Shown: positions 35,178-43,743 of the stretch, piece by piece | Numbering within the stretch: the stretch's first letter is position 1 | Layout: each line of letters opens with the position of its first letter | IMG/VR virus record: IMGVR_UViG_3300032893_001611 | Span: 1-63,931 of that record | Origin: a virus | Taxonomy: Duplodnaviria; Caudoviricetes | Reading direction: 5' to 3' (one strand) | DNA length: 63,931 nt | Notes under the pieces: generated by a model | What the model was told of the DNA's origin: nothing | What the model saw: the letters and a program-made list of their open reading frames with translations, nothing else | Database searches by the model: none | Position numbers and translations under genes: made by a program

Positions 35178-35461
35178 GACCGAAATCTATCCTTGCCGCC
35201 CTTGCGGCCGTTCAGCTGCTGGCCTGTTGCACCTACGCCGTGGCTGAAAAATCCGCCGATGGCATCTACACGATCAAGCAGCCTCAGTCCAAATATGACC
35301 TTCTCGGGCAGGATCAGCTGCTGGCGACCGGCGATCACGAAAGCATGAATTACCAGGCCAAGCAGGCCTGTCCGGGCGGCTATGAAAAGGTCCGGGAATA
35401 CCTTCGCCGGTTACCCGACCGGAACAGCTACTACGCCTGGGACATCCGCTGCCTCAAATGA
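35174..35461 (+). CDS. Exported small protein (lysogenic conversion)
   Basis: Signal-like N-terminus; A.QACPGGYE...WDIRC. Confidence 0.65.
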   Translation: MRPKSILAALAAVQLLACCTYAVAEKSADGIYTIKQPQSKYDLLGQDQLLATGDHESMNYQAKQACPGGYEKVREYLRRLPDRNSYYAWDIRCLK

Positions 35462-35462
35462 C

Positions 35463-35526
35463 TTATCCACAAAAACCCTAACCTGCTGTCAGTTTCTTCC
35501 TTGCGGACTTCCTAACACCCTGTTAG
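35463..35526. promoter_or_regulatory. OL operators plus perfect DnaA box
   Basis: TTATCCACA at 35463-35471; CTAAC-N5-GTCAG at 35478-35492; CTAAC-N5-GTTAG at 35512-35526. Confidence 0.72.
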
Positions 35527-35551
35527 CTTCCCCCTCAACACAGGGGGAAGA

Positions 35552-35740
35552 ATGCCGAAAGAACATCAATGCCATTGCGCGAGCGGAAGCGGCGCGGCCA
35601 TGCCCGCCGCGCGCCCGATGATCCGGCAGATCGTCAATCCTCAGCTCACTTTCTTCACAGCTCCGATGTACACGTGCATAGCGCGCGCCCTCCAGCTTGC
35701 AGACGAACTCGAAGCCACGCTCACGGAGGACAAGACGTGA
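35552..35740 (+). CDS. Early-operon hypothetical protein
   Basis: First gene after OL, AGGGGG RBS. Confidence 0.5.
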   Translation: MPKEHQCHCASGSGAAMPAARPMIRQIVNPQLTFFTAPMYTCIARALQLADELEATLTEDKT

Positions 35741-35913
35741 CCGGCGTGGCTTACAAGGTTCTGGTCGACGGCGATCTCATCGCCACCATCACCCTCTACA
35801 GAGATACGCAGGCGCAACGCGATCTCGTGCGCCGCCAGATCGCACGCGAGCACAAAATCCCCGCCCATTACCTGCGCTTCTATCCCGTACAGCACAAGCG
35901 GAGCGCGGCATGA
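35737..35913 (+). CDS. Hypothetical protein
   Basis: GTGA overlap, GGAGG RBS. Confidence 0.55.
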   Translation: MTGVAYKVLVDGDLIATITLYRDTQAQRDLVRRQIAREHKIPAHYLRFYPVQHKRSAA

Positions 35914-36116
35914 GGACGGCGGGGAGCATGGCCGCGCGGCTTGACGACCTTGAACGGCAGGAGGATCTATGCCGCCGGCAAGGGTTTAACGACCTCGCCG
36001 ATGCCATCGCCGAGCGCGCCAATGACGAGGCTATCGAATTCCTCGACGAGTTCTATCACGGCGAGCCCGAGGTCGAGCCGCGCACGCAGGTCGGCATCTT
36101 CAAGGGAGGCCTCTGA
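35910..36116 (+). CDS. Hypothetical protein
   Basis: ATGA overlap, MRTAGSMAARLDDLE. Confidence 0.55.
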   Translation: MRTAGSMAARLDDLERQEDLCRRQGFNDLADAIAERANDEAIEFLDEFYHGEPEVEPRTQVGIFKGGL

Positions 36117-36385
36117 TGGGACAGATCGTCAACTTCCCCCTCGCCCATTCACGCAACACGCCGCTTTATCGCGAACCGTTGCATCAGGCGCTGCGCCATG
36201 ACGGGATGCCCGTGCGCCCCGGCGATTTCGTGAAGATCACCGACACGCGCGGGCACGAACACAAGGGCACCGTCACCAAGGTCGGCATGCCCGGCAATGC
36301 CGCCGTCACGCAGGTCTACGAGGTCCGCTGCCATGATGGCTGGCCGCGCGTCGTCTCCGCCGACCAGATCGAGGCTCTGCTGTGA
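36116..36385 (+). CDS. SH3/KOW-like small protein
   Basis: VRPGDFVKI...KGTVTKV...YEVRC. Confidence 0.6.
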   Translation: MGQIVNFPLAHSRNTPLYREPLHQALRHDGMPVRPGDFVKITDTRGHEHKGTVTKVGMPGNAAVTQVYEVRCHDGWPRVVSADQIEALL

Positions 36386-37089
36386 GCCGCGAAGCCACCA
36401 CCGAGAAGAACGTCGTTTATCACCTTACCGGCACGATGCTCGGCATCGCCATCCAGGAAACGCGGAACACGCGCGAGGCGGCGATTGAGCGCCTCGGTCT
36501 AATCGCCGCTGCCGCGAACGTGATCGCCGATGGCAATCCCCTTGCGCGGCGCCTGAATTCGCCCGTGTTCCAGCTGACGGATTCCTTCATCCCCGAGTTG
36601 CTGGACACGCGCACCGGCGACACGCTTGTGGAGATCACGCAACAGCAAGTCCCTAACCCTTCTCTGCGAGCCGCCTGCGTCGAGTGCTGGCAGGCGGCTC
36701 ACACGGACGGGCGGAGAAGTCGGAAGACCTCGGCATTGTGCCATGTTTCGGTTTGCAGTTATCGAACGTGCCGCCTGTCCGATCACAACCAGCAGAAGGA
36801 AACGACCAGGATGAAAGGACCGCCACCACCCAACATCAAAGAAATCATGGCAATGACGACATTAGCCGAGAAGGAGTGCGTCAACGCCATTTCGACATGG
36901 CCTCCTTTCAATAGCGCCCACGAAGGATTCGCTGTGCTGCATGAAGAATTCGATGAGCTAAAGGCTCACGTCTGGACAAATCAGAAGCAGCGTGACATCG
37001 ACTGCATGCGCAAGGAGGCCATTCAAGTCGCGGCTATGGCAATACGATTCGCCGTTGAAATCTGTAACGAGGATCGCGGACGGAAATGA
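36382..37089 (+). CDS. Protein with C-terminal MazG-like helical domain (possibly a separate gene from 36811)
   Basis: [18 protein letters not shown]...[13 protein letters not shown]; internal AAGGA RBS and ATG at 36811. Confidence 0.65.
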   Translation: MSREATTEKNVVYHLTGTMLGIAIQETRNTREAAIERLGLIAAAANVIADGNPLARRLNSPVFQLTDSFIPELLDTRTGDTLVEITQQQVPNPSLRAACVECWQAAHTDGRRSRKTSALCHVSVCSYRTCRLSDHNQQKETTRMKGPPPPNIKEIMAMTTLAEKECVNAISTWPPFNSAHEGFAVLHEEFDELKAHVWTNQKQRDIDCMRKEAIQVAAMAIRFAVEICNEDRGRK

Positions 37090-37355
37090 AAGACCTGCTT
37101 GGCAATACCGTCGCGCAAGGCGAGGACTTTCTCGAAGGCGAAGGCGGCGTCGAGGAATACAAGGGCCGCATCCTCGCGGCATCGGCCGCCGGCATCAGGT
37201 TCACCGACGGCGTGTTCAACGACTGGCTGCCACGCTCCAAGATCCTGATCGACGGCATCCCCGGCCCCGACGCCGGTGAGCGTTTCGAGCGGTTCGAGAT
37301 CTACACCCTCACCATCCCCGACTGGCTCGCACGCAAGAAAGGACTGATCCAATGA
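37086..37355 (+). CDS. Hypothetical phage protein
   Basis: WLPRSKI...[12 protein letters not shown] motif. Confidence 0.7.
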   Translation: MKDLLGNTVAQGEDFLEGEGGVEEYKGRILAASAAGIRFTDGVFNDWLPRSKILIDGIPGPDAGERFERFEIYTLTIPDWLARKKGLIQ

Positions 37356-37645
37356 TCTCGCCCTTCGTGATTTCTGCAGCCTGCATTGGTTTTGTCGCGC
37401 TCATCATAGGCGCATTGATTTTCTGGTGCGATTTCTGCGCGGTGCGCAATGCCGGCACTTTGTTTTTCATGTCGCCGTTGCTCTTGATCACATGGCTGAT
37501 CCTCGGACTGTCAATAAATGTAGATCAATCACGCCAGCACGCCGACGTGCGCCGCTGCTACGCCCACAGCTGCGTGATCGTCGATGACGGCCATGGCCGG
37601 AGGGTCCTTGAATGCGACGAAGCGAAGCCGGAGGCCTGCCCATGA
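37352..37645 (+). CDS. Membrane protein
   Basis: Two TM segments. Confidence 0.55.
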   Translation: MISPFVISAACIGFVALIIGALIFWCDFCAVRNAGTLFFMSPLLLITWLILGLSINVDQSRQHADVRRCYAHSCVIVDDGHGRRVLECDEAKPEACP

Positions 37646-37878
37646 AAGCCGTCCTGATCATCCATTTTGTAATCAGCTGTCTGCTGTGTTCTCCGGAACC
37701 GCAGATCATTTCCTCAGAAGTTGACAGCATGGATACCTGCTATTTGGTAGCCAGGAGAATGCTGGAGAAGGACAGACAGGTCACCGAGGCTGACTGCTAC
37801 CCATTCGACAAATCTGCAAAACTCTTCCGCCCCGATGGCGATTGGATCGACGATCAGGGCCACAAGGTCAACCGATGA
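37642..37878 (+). CDS. Hypothetical Cys-containing protein
   Basis: ATGA overlaps at both ends. Confidence 0.55.
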   Translation: MKAVLIIHFVISCLLCSPEPQIISSEVDSMDTCYLVARRMLEKDRQVTEADCYPFDKSAKLFRPDGDWIDDQGHKVNR

Positions 37879-39056
37879 GCGACAAGACCGGCATCGAATG
37901 GACGGACGCCACATGGAACCCGCTCGCCGGTTGTTCGCTGAAAAGTCCGGGCTGCACAAATTGCTACGCGATGAAATTCGCGCACCGGTTGCTCGACAAG
38001 CCCGGCAGCCACTACTACGGCACGACGAAGATCGTCAATGGCAAGGCCGTCTGGACCGGAAAAATTAACCTCGCACCCGACCGTATCCTGCGTCTTCCGC
38101 TGACTTGGAAAAAACCACGCCGGATTTTCCCCAACAGCATGTCCGACCTATTTCACGAGGACGTGCCCGACGAATGGATAGACCGCATTTTCGCGGTCAT
38201 GGCCCTCAGTCAGCAACACACCTACCAGATACTCACCAAACGCGCCGAACGCATGCATGACTACATGACCACGCGATGGCAACCAGCCAAGGCGCAGCGT
38301 TTAGAGATCGCTGGAACGGCCATCGATTATCCGGGCGAAACCACCGGCGACACCCGCGAGGATCGCGTCCGTCAGGCAGCCAGTGATCTCCTGATCGGCG
38401 ATATCGGCGAACAAGATAAGTTCTGGACCGCTGATGGTTCCATGAGATGGCCATGCTGGCCGTTGCCCAACGTCTGGCTCGGCGTCAGCGTCGAGGACCA
38501 GAAGCGCGCCGACGAGCGCATACCGTGGCTGCTCAAAACGCCTGCAGCCGTGCGATTCCTGTCCTGCGAGCCATTGCTGGAGCCCGTCAATATCCGCGGC
38601 TATTTGATGCAAGGTGAGGACCCCGGAAAATGTCTGACCTGCTGTATGAACCACGGCTTCACGCGCTGTCCGAATTACGGCGGCATTTCCAAGACGCGAA
38701 CCGGGCTGGATGAAAATTGCGAGACTTTTCTCCGCAAGAACTTTGCGATCCACTGGGTCATCGCCGGCGGCGAGAGCGGCCCCGGCGCGCGGCCTATGAA
38801 CCCGGCGTGGGTCCGCTCGATCCGCGACCAGTGCCATCATGCCGGCGTGCCGTTCTTCTTCAAGCAGTGGGGCGAATGGGCGCCTCTTTACGGGCTTCTC
38901 AGCGAAAATTCGTGCAAGCATACCGGCATCTTCAAGTGGTCGGATGGCTGGCAGGACGGCTGCTGCAGCCTTCGCGTCGGCAAAAAAGCCGCCGGCCGCC
39001 TTCTCGACGGCCGCACGCACGACGATTTCCCCGTCTACCTTCAACCCGCAGCATAG
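37875..39056 (+). CDS. Phage Gp37/Gp68 (DUF5131) radical-SAM-like protein
   Basis: TGIEWTDATWNP..GC...SPGC.NCYA; SMSDLFHE; LSCEPLL; WVIAGGESGPGARP; FFFKQWG. Confidence 0.93.
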   Translation: MSDKTGIEWTDATWNPLAGCSLKSPGCTNCYAMKFAHRLLDKPGSHYYGTTKIVNGKAVWTGKINLAPDRILRLPLTWKKPRRIFPNSMSDLFHEDVPDEWIDRIFAVMALSQQHTYQILTKRAERMHDYMTTRWQPAKAQRLEIAGTAIDYPGETTGDTREDRVRQAASDLLIGDIGEQDKFWTADGSMRWPCWPLPNVWLGVSVEDQKRADERIPWLLKTPAAVRFLSCEPLLEPVNIRGYLMQGEDPGKCLTCCMNHGFTRCPNYGGISKTRTGLDENCETFLRKNFAIHWVIAGGESGPGARPMNPAWVRSIRDQCHHAGVPFFFKQWGEWAPLYGLLSENSCKHTGIFKWSDGWQDGCCSLRVGKKAAGRLLDGRTHDDFPVYLQPAA

Positions 39057-39065
39057 GAGCCGCCG

Positions 39066-39299
39066 ATGAAAGTCACACTGGAAAACACCGACAAGATCGT
39101 CACCATCGTCGTCGACGGCAAGGAAGTTCCGGCGCGCATCTGGGAAGGCGTCACCGAGAAAGGCGTTCATTGCCATGCCTATATCACGCGCATCGCCGTG
39201 CATAAGGACGAGGACAACGCCGAGTTCGAGCGCGACCTGCTGGAAACGCGCGCTCCGTCGCCTGAGATAGCAGCATTCCCGCTTCATCTGGTCGTCTGA
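39066..39299 (+). CDS. Hypothetical protein
   Basis: AGGAG RBS; VPARIWEG.T..G...HAYITRI. Confidence 0.7.
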   Translation: MKVTLENTDKIVTIVVDGKEVPARIWEGVTEKGVHCHAYITRIAVHKDEDNAEFERDLLETRAPSPEIAAFPLHLVV

Positions 39300-39390
39300 T
39301 GTCCGCGCTCGCCGTCATACCGTCCCCCCCCCCCCCCGAATTTCCGTATCGGGCGCATCCGCGCAGTCGCCCCTGACCTTTTTTGCCGTC

Positions 39391-39440
39391 TCCCTCGTCG
39401 CCGAGGGGATGGCTTCGTGACCCCTCGGCTAGAGGGAAAC
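39391..39440 (+). repeat. Repeated leader hairpin, copy 1
   Basis: GCCGAGGGG-N12-CCCCTCGGC with outer CCCTC/GAGGG; near-identical copy at 41628-41676. Confidence 0.75.
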
Positions 39441-39466
39441 TTCAACCCCAAAAAAGGAGCATATCT

Positions 39467-41146
39467 ATGACTGACATCACGCAAATACCGATTAGCAAGC
39501 TCGTGGCCTGGGACGGCAACGTGCGCAAGACCGCAGGCGCTGACACCGCGCTCGCGGAACTGGCCGCGTCCATCGCAGCACACGGGCTGATCAACAACCT
39601 GGTCGTCAATCCAGAGAAGAAAGGCGCCTACGCCGTCGTCACCGGCGGCCGCAGGCTTGCCGCGCTCCAGTTGTTGGTCAAGCAAGGCAAGAAGAAGGCC
39701 GACGACACGGTGGCCTGCCAGATCCTTCCCGCCGAAGCGAACGCGACGGAAATCAGCCTCGCCGAAAACTTCGTGCGCGAGGAAATGCACCCCGCCGACG
39801 AGTTCGACGCCTTCAAGATGCTGGCCGACCAGAACATGCCGGCGGCCGACATCGCGGCGCGTTTCGGCGTCACCGAGAAGGTCGTGCTTGAGCGCCTGAA
39901 GCTCGCGCGCGTCAGCCCGGTCATCATCAAGGCGTACCGTGACGGCAAGACGACGCTCGACTGCGTCATGGCCTTCGCGGTTACCGACGACCACAAGCGG
40001 CAGGAGCGCTTCTGGAAATCATGCCCCGAATGGGCGCGCACCAACCGCCGCCAGATCCGCGACTCGCTTACCGAAGGCGAGATTGACGCAACCGACCGCA
40101 TGGTCCGGTTCGTCACGCTACAAGCCTACGAAAAGGCCGGTGGCACCGTTCGCCGCGACCTCTTCACCGATGGCGACCAGGGCGTGTTCATCACCAAGCC
40201 CGACCTGCTCAACGAACTGGCCGCCGCGAAGCTGCAGACGAAGATCGACGCAGCGCTCAAGGACGGCTGGAAATGGGCCGACGTGCTCGCGCCGAACGAT
40301 CATGAAACCACCTACAAGCTGAAATCGATTCAGCCTGCGGGCAAGAAGGATACGTTCAAGCCCGAGCAGAAAGCCAATGCCGGCATCTTCGTACGCATCC
40401 TTCCCGGCGGCGAGCTGGACGTGCTGGAAGGATACGTGAAGCCGGGCGATGCCAAGGCCGCCAAATCGGCCGATCCGAGGGCTAAGGACAAAGCCAAGGC
40501 GAAACCCGCCGAGCAAGCCGGTCTGTCGCAATCTTTGACCGACGACCTTATCGGCCAACGCACAGCGGCAATCGCAGCCGAACTTACCGGCCAGCCGCTG
40601 CTCGCGCTGCGGGCAGTGGTTCACAGCCTCGGGATGAAAGCCGTTTACGGCACCTTCAACTCCGACGACAGGCCGGTCGACGTGAACTTCAAGCACACGG
40701 ACCATCCTATCGGGTTCGCCGAGCGATGCAAGCCGAAGGCTGTCGTCGAGCTGGAGGAACAGCGCAAGGCGTGGAAGAAGAAACTTCCCGCCGAGAGCAA
40801 ATTCTGGCAATGGTGCCTCGACGCCGACCAGAAGCAGCTGCTCTCTCTGCTGGCCTTCTGCGCCGCTCAGTCCTGCACGAACGGCGAGTTGCTGATCGAA
40901 CCGCTCGGCCTCGACATGGCCAAGTGGTTCATGCCGACGGTCGACAACTACTTCGGCCGCATCGGCAAGCCGCAGATCGTCGCCGACTTGAAGGAGATAG
41001 GCAAGGGCAACTTGCTCTCGCCGGAGAAAACCGGCAAAGCCGATGCCGCGTCCTTCGCCGAGCGCACGGCCAAGGGCTCCGGATGGTTGCCGAAGCTGCT
41101 GCGTACGGCCAAACCCGGCAAAAAGCCGCAGAAGAAAGCGGCCTGA
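39467..41146 (+). CDS. ParB/RepB/Spo0J-family protein (plasmid/ICE type)
   Basis: NVRKT...LAASIAAHGLINNLVV...GGRRLAAL...EISLAEN..RE.MHPADEF; AAAGGAG RBS. Confidence 0.9.
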   Translation: MTDITQIPISKLVAWDGNVRKTAGADTALAELAASIAAHGLINNLVVNPEKKGAYAVVTGGRRLAALQLLVKQGKKKADDTVACQILPAEANATEISLAENFVREEMHPADEFDAFKMLADQNMPAADIAARFGVTEKVVLERLKLARVSPVIIKAYRDGKTTLDCVMAFAVTDDHKRQERFWKSCPEWARTNRRQIRDSLTEGEIDATDRMVRFVTLQAYEKAGGTVRRDLFTDGDQGVFITKPDLLNELAAAKLQTKIDAALKDGWKWADVLAPNDHETTYKLKSIQPAGKKDTFKPEQKANAGIFVRILPGGELDVLEGYVKPGDAKAAKSADPRAKDKAKAKPAEQAGLSQSLTDDLIGQRTAAIAAELTGQPLLALRAVVHSLGMKAVYGTFNSDDRPVDVNFKHTDHPIGFAERCKPKAVVELEEQRKAWKKKLPAESKFWQWCLDADQKQLLSLLAFCAAQSCTNGELLIEPLGLDMAKWFMPTVDNYFGRIGKPQIVADLKEIGKGNLLSPEKTGKADAASFAERTAKGSGWLPKLLRTAKPGKKPQKKAA

Positions 41147-41214
41147 CGCTGTTTCGCCAGATGGCCTGTCGTTCGCGGCAGGCCATCGCGTGAACCAGCA
41201 GAAGGAAATACTCC

Positions 41215-41604
41215 ATGGCTAAACGCCCAAGACTTACGGCTGCACAACGCGATCAGATCGACTCGCTTCGCATTGAGCGCGGGTGGTCATGCGAACGGAT
41301 AGCGCGGCACATGAATGTCTGCCCTGGCGCTGTTTCATGGTATTGCCTGATGGAGGGAATCGAGAAGAACGGCAAACCGCCTGTCCCCAAGCCCTACCGT
41401 GGCCCTATGATGACGAAGCGCGGCAATCACGTCGTGCGCTGCTTTACACAGGAAGACGACAAACTTCTCCTAGAGCTGGAGGCCCAAGGAAAACGCTATA
41501 GCGAAATTGCCCGTGCTCTGGGCCGCCAAAGGAACTCTGTTGTTGCTCGGCTCGCTACTCTTGCGCGCCGCGAAGAACGCGCAGCTGCCCACGCCGGTGA
41601 CTAA
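41215..41604 (+). CDS. Double-HTH protein
   Basis: GWSCERIARHM; FTQEDD.LL......G..YSEIARALGR..NSV. Confidence 0.7.
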   Translation: MAKRPRLTAAQRDQIDSLRIERGWSCERIARHMNVCPGAVSWYCLMEGIEKNGKPPVPKPYRGPMMTKRGNHVVRCFTQEDDKLLLELEAQGKRYSEIARALGRQRNSVVARLATLARREERAAAHAGD

Positions 41605-41627
41605 TCCCCGATCATCCTTTGCAGATC

Positions 41628-41676
41628 CCCTCCGCGCCGAGGGGCCGTTTTTGTGACCCCTCGGCTTGAGGGCAAC
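41628..41676 (+). repeat. Repeated leader hairpin, copy 2
   Basis: GCCGAGGGG(41636-44)...CCCCTCGGC(41657-65) TTGAGGGCAAC. Confidence 0.75.
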
Positions 41677-41698
41677 CAGAACAGCAAAGGAACTAGCG

Positions 41699-42166
41699 AT
41701 GAAGAAGTACGAAATCGTCTATGCGCAAGATGTATCGCACTACGGCTGCGTGGAGCTGGAGGCCGAAGGCGACGACCAGATCGTCGAAGCGGCCAAAACC
41801 TACTGGAAAGAAACCGACCTCGACCCGGCCGACGATCCCGACTGGAACAATCCAGTCTCCAAGCGCATCGTCCAGATCACCGACGAAGCTGGGAACGAAA
41901 TTGTCGCTGACGTCCGGTGCGATGACTACCACCTCGAATACATCAACGACGCCGAAGTCGATCTCCGCGACAGCGCGGCCGAATTACTTGAAATGCTGGA
42001 GCGCGCGCAGGGCTGCCTTGAACGCATCTCCGATCGCCTTCTGTACGACGAAGGCCAGCCGGTCACGTTCCTCGAAGCGCGTCAGATCGAGGAAACCTAC
42101 AACGATGCCATCTGCGAGCTGGCGCCGATCGATACGCTCATCCGCAAGGCACGGGGGCTGCAATGA
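41699..42166 (+). CDS. Acidic hypothetical protein
   Basis: AAAGGA RBS; ends ...IRKARGLQ. Confidence 0.7.
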   Translation: MKKYEIVYAQDVSHYGCVELEAEGDDQIVEAAKTYWKETDLDPADDPDWNNPVSKRIVQITDEAGNEIVADVRCDDYHLEYINDAEVDLRDSAAELLEMLERAQGCLERISDRLLYDEGQPVTFLEARQIEETYNDAICELAPIDTLIRKARGLQ

Positions 42167-42339
42167 CGGACTATGCCCACATTCTCAAAGCCGCAGAAAA
42201 AACCATTCCGGCGATTGAACAGCTTTGCGACATGGTGAACACCTATAGCATGAAACTAGGGCTTGGTAGAAAAGTTAGACCCGAAGACTTCACTGAGCCG
42301 CTTAGAACGGCCATCGCCAAAGCACGGGGACGGCAATGA
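42163..42339 (+). CDS. 58-aa hypothetical protein (not in ORF track)
   Basis: ATGA overlaps at both ends; ends ...AIAKARGRQ. Confidence 0.6.
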   Translation: MTDYAHILKAAEKTIPAIEQLCDMVNTYSMKLGLGRKVRPEDFTEPLRTAIAKARGRQ

Positions 42340-43055
42340 CGATTCTTGCCCCCTATACCTGTGATCTCTTTCCGCGACCGAGCATCACTTACGACGACAT
42401 CATCGCGACCAACGGTCCACCCATGCGCGTTCTCGTGGCATGCGAACACTCAGGTACTGTCCGCAATGCCTTCCTTGCGCGTGGGCACGATGCGTGGTCC
42501 TGCGATCTTCTACCGTCCTCGGATGGCAGCAACCGTCACATCCGTGGCGACGCTCGCGAAATCCTGAACGACGGTTGGGATCTTCTCATGGTCGCGCACC
42601 CGCCCTGCACGCGGCTGTGCAACTCCGGAATTTGTTGGCTCACAAAACCGCCGCCGGGTAAGACTGAGCAGCAGATCTGGAATGAGCTCGACGAGGCCGC
42701 GGCGTTCTTCTCCGAATTGTGGAATGCGTCAATACCCAGAATCTGCATGGAAAACCCGATTATGCACCGGCACGCCAAGCAGAGGATCATCAACTATGAA
42801 CCGCCCGCGCAGACCATCCATCCGTGGCAATTTGGAGATCCGCTCCAGAAGAAGGTCTGTCTATGGCTGAAGGAATTGCAGCCCCTCAAGCCGACTAAAA
42901 TCGTTGATCTTCCGAAACCGAAATTCTGCGTGAGGAAAACCGGCGGCCGCGCCGGCCAAAAATATAATTACTACTTCCATCAAGGCCGAAGCGGCCATGA
43001 ACGCAGCATATTCTTTCCCGGCATCGCTAAAGCCATGGCCGAGCAATGGGGTTAA
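42336..43055 (+). CDS. Phage-type short C5 cytosine methyltransferase-like protein
   Basis: VLVACEHSG.VR.AF...WSCDL; AHPPCT; ENP; GIAKAMAEQWG. Confidence 0.8.
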   Translation: MTILAPYTCDLFPRPSITYDDIIATNGPPMRVLVACEHSGTVRNAFLARGHDAWSCDLLPSSDGSNRHIRGDAREILNDGWDLLMVAHPPCTRLCNSGICWLTKPPPGKTEQQIWNELDEAAAFFSELWNASIPRICMENPIMHRHAKQRIINYEPPAQTIHPWQFGDPLQKKVCLWLKELQPLKPTKIVDLPKPKFCVRKTGGRAGQKYNYYFHQGRSGHERSIFFPGIAKAMAEQWG

Positions 43056-43345
43056 TCCCCGATCATCGGCCGCTGGCTGAACAGCATGCCGCGCGGCCCC
43101 TTCCATTCGTGCCGCCGGTTCTCGATCCATTTCTTAAGCCGCGTGCCGGACACGGTCATGATCCGGCCACCGGCGACGACCTCGAACTGCGTCGACGTCG
43201 TCGGGATCGGGAATCCGCATGACGGATTCTGCCGGACGTGCGTTAAATAAAGATGCGCGGCATCGTAGGAGCTGTCGGCGCTGACGTCGAGGCTGTAGCG
43301 CTTTCCCTCGCCGTCGGTCACCGTCACCGTACACCACTTACCCAC
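43052..43345 (-). CDS. Hypothetical protein
   Basis: 97 aa; CTVTVTD.EG.RYSLDV.A.S.YDAA. Confidence 0.65.
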   Translation of the reverse strand: MGKWCTVTVTDGEGKRYSLDVSADSSYDAAHLYLTHVRQNPSCGFPIPTTSTQFEVVAGGRIMTVSGTRLKKWIENRRHEWKGPRGMLFSQRPMIGD

Positions 43346-43454
43346 GCATCGATGATAGCGAACAAAAGGCGAAATCGCACGGATACCGGCAGCGTCCGGC
43401 GGCTCGATGCGCAGAAGGCTGGTACCAGAATCGAAATATTTCTGTGGGCTGCTA

Positions 43455-43484
43455 TTGAAGTCTACAAATTAAAATTGTATACTT
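43455..43484 (+). promoter_or_regulatory. sigma70 promoter overlapped by inverted-repeat operator
   Basis: TTGAAG-N17-TATACT; AAGTCTACAA-N7-TTGTATACTT (9/10 symmetric) at 43458-43484. Confidence 0.7.
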
Positions 43485-43500
43485 ATAGCTTCAGCAATAC

Positions 43501-43743
43501 ATGAAGGAATCGACCAACGGTGACAAGGCTAGCCGCTTCGAGCGGCTGGCCGAACGTCGCGTCTCGGAGACCCTGAAGAAAATGCGCCTGATCGGCAATT
43601 TGGCGAACCGCCACAACTATTCCTATACCGATGAACAAGTTAAGCAGATCCTGGAAGCACTCGAAGTGGAGCTGAAACAGGTCAAAGCCCGCTTCCGGCA
43701 GGAGACGTCGGCACAGTCGCAAGGCTTTTCGTTCAAGAAATAA
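43501..43743 (+). CDS. Small helical protein, probable operon regulator
   Basis: RFERLAERRV...LIGNLANRHNYSYTDEQV; first gene of the MTase operon. Confidence 0.75.
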   Translation: MKESTNGDKASRFERLAERRVSETLKKMRLIGNLANRHNYSYTDEQVKQILEALEVELKQVKARFRQETSAQSQGFSFKK

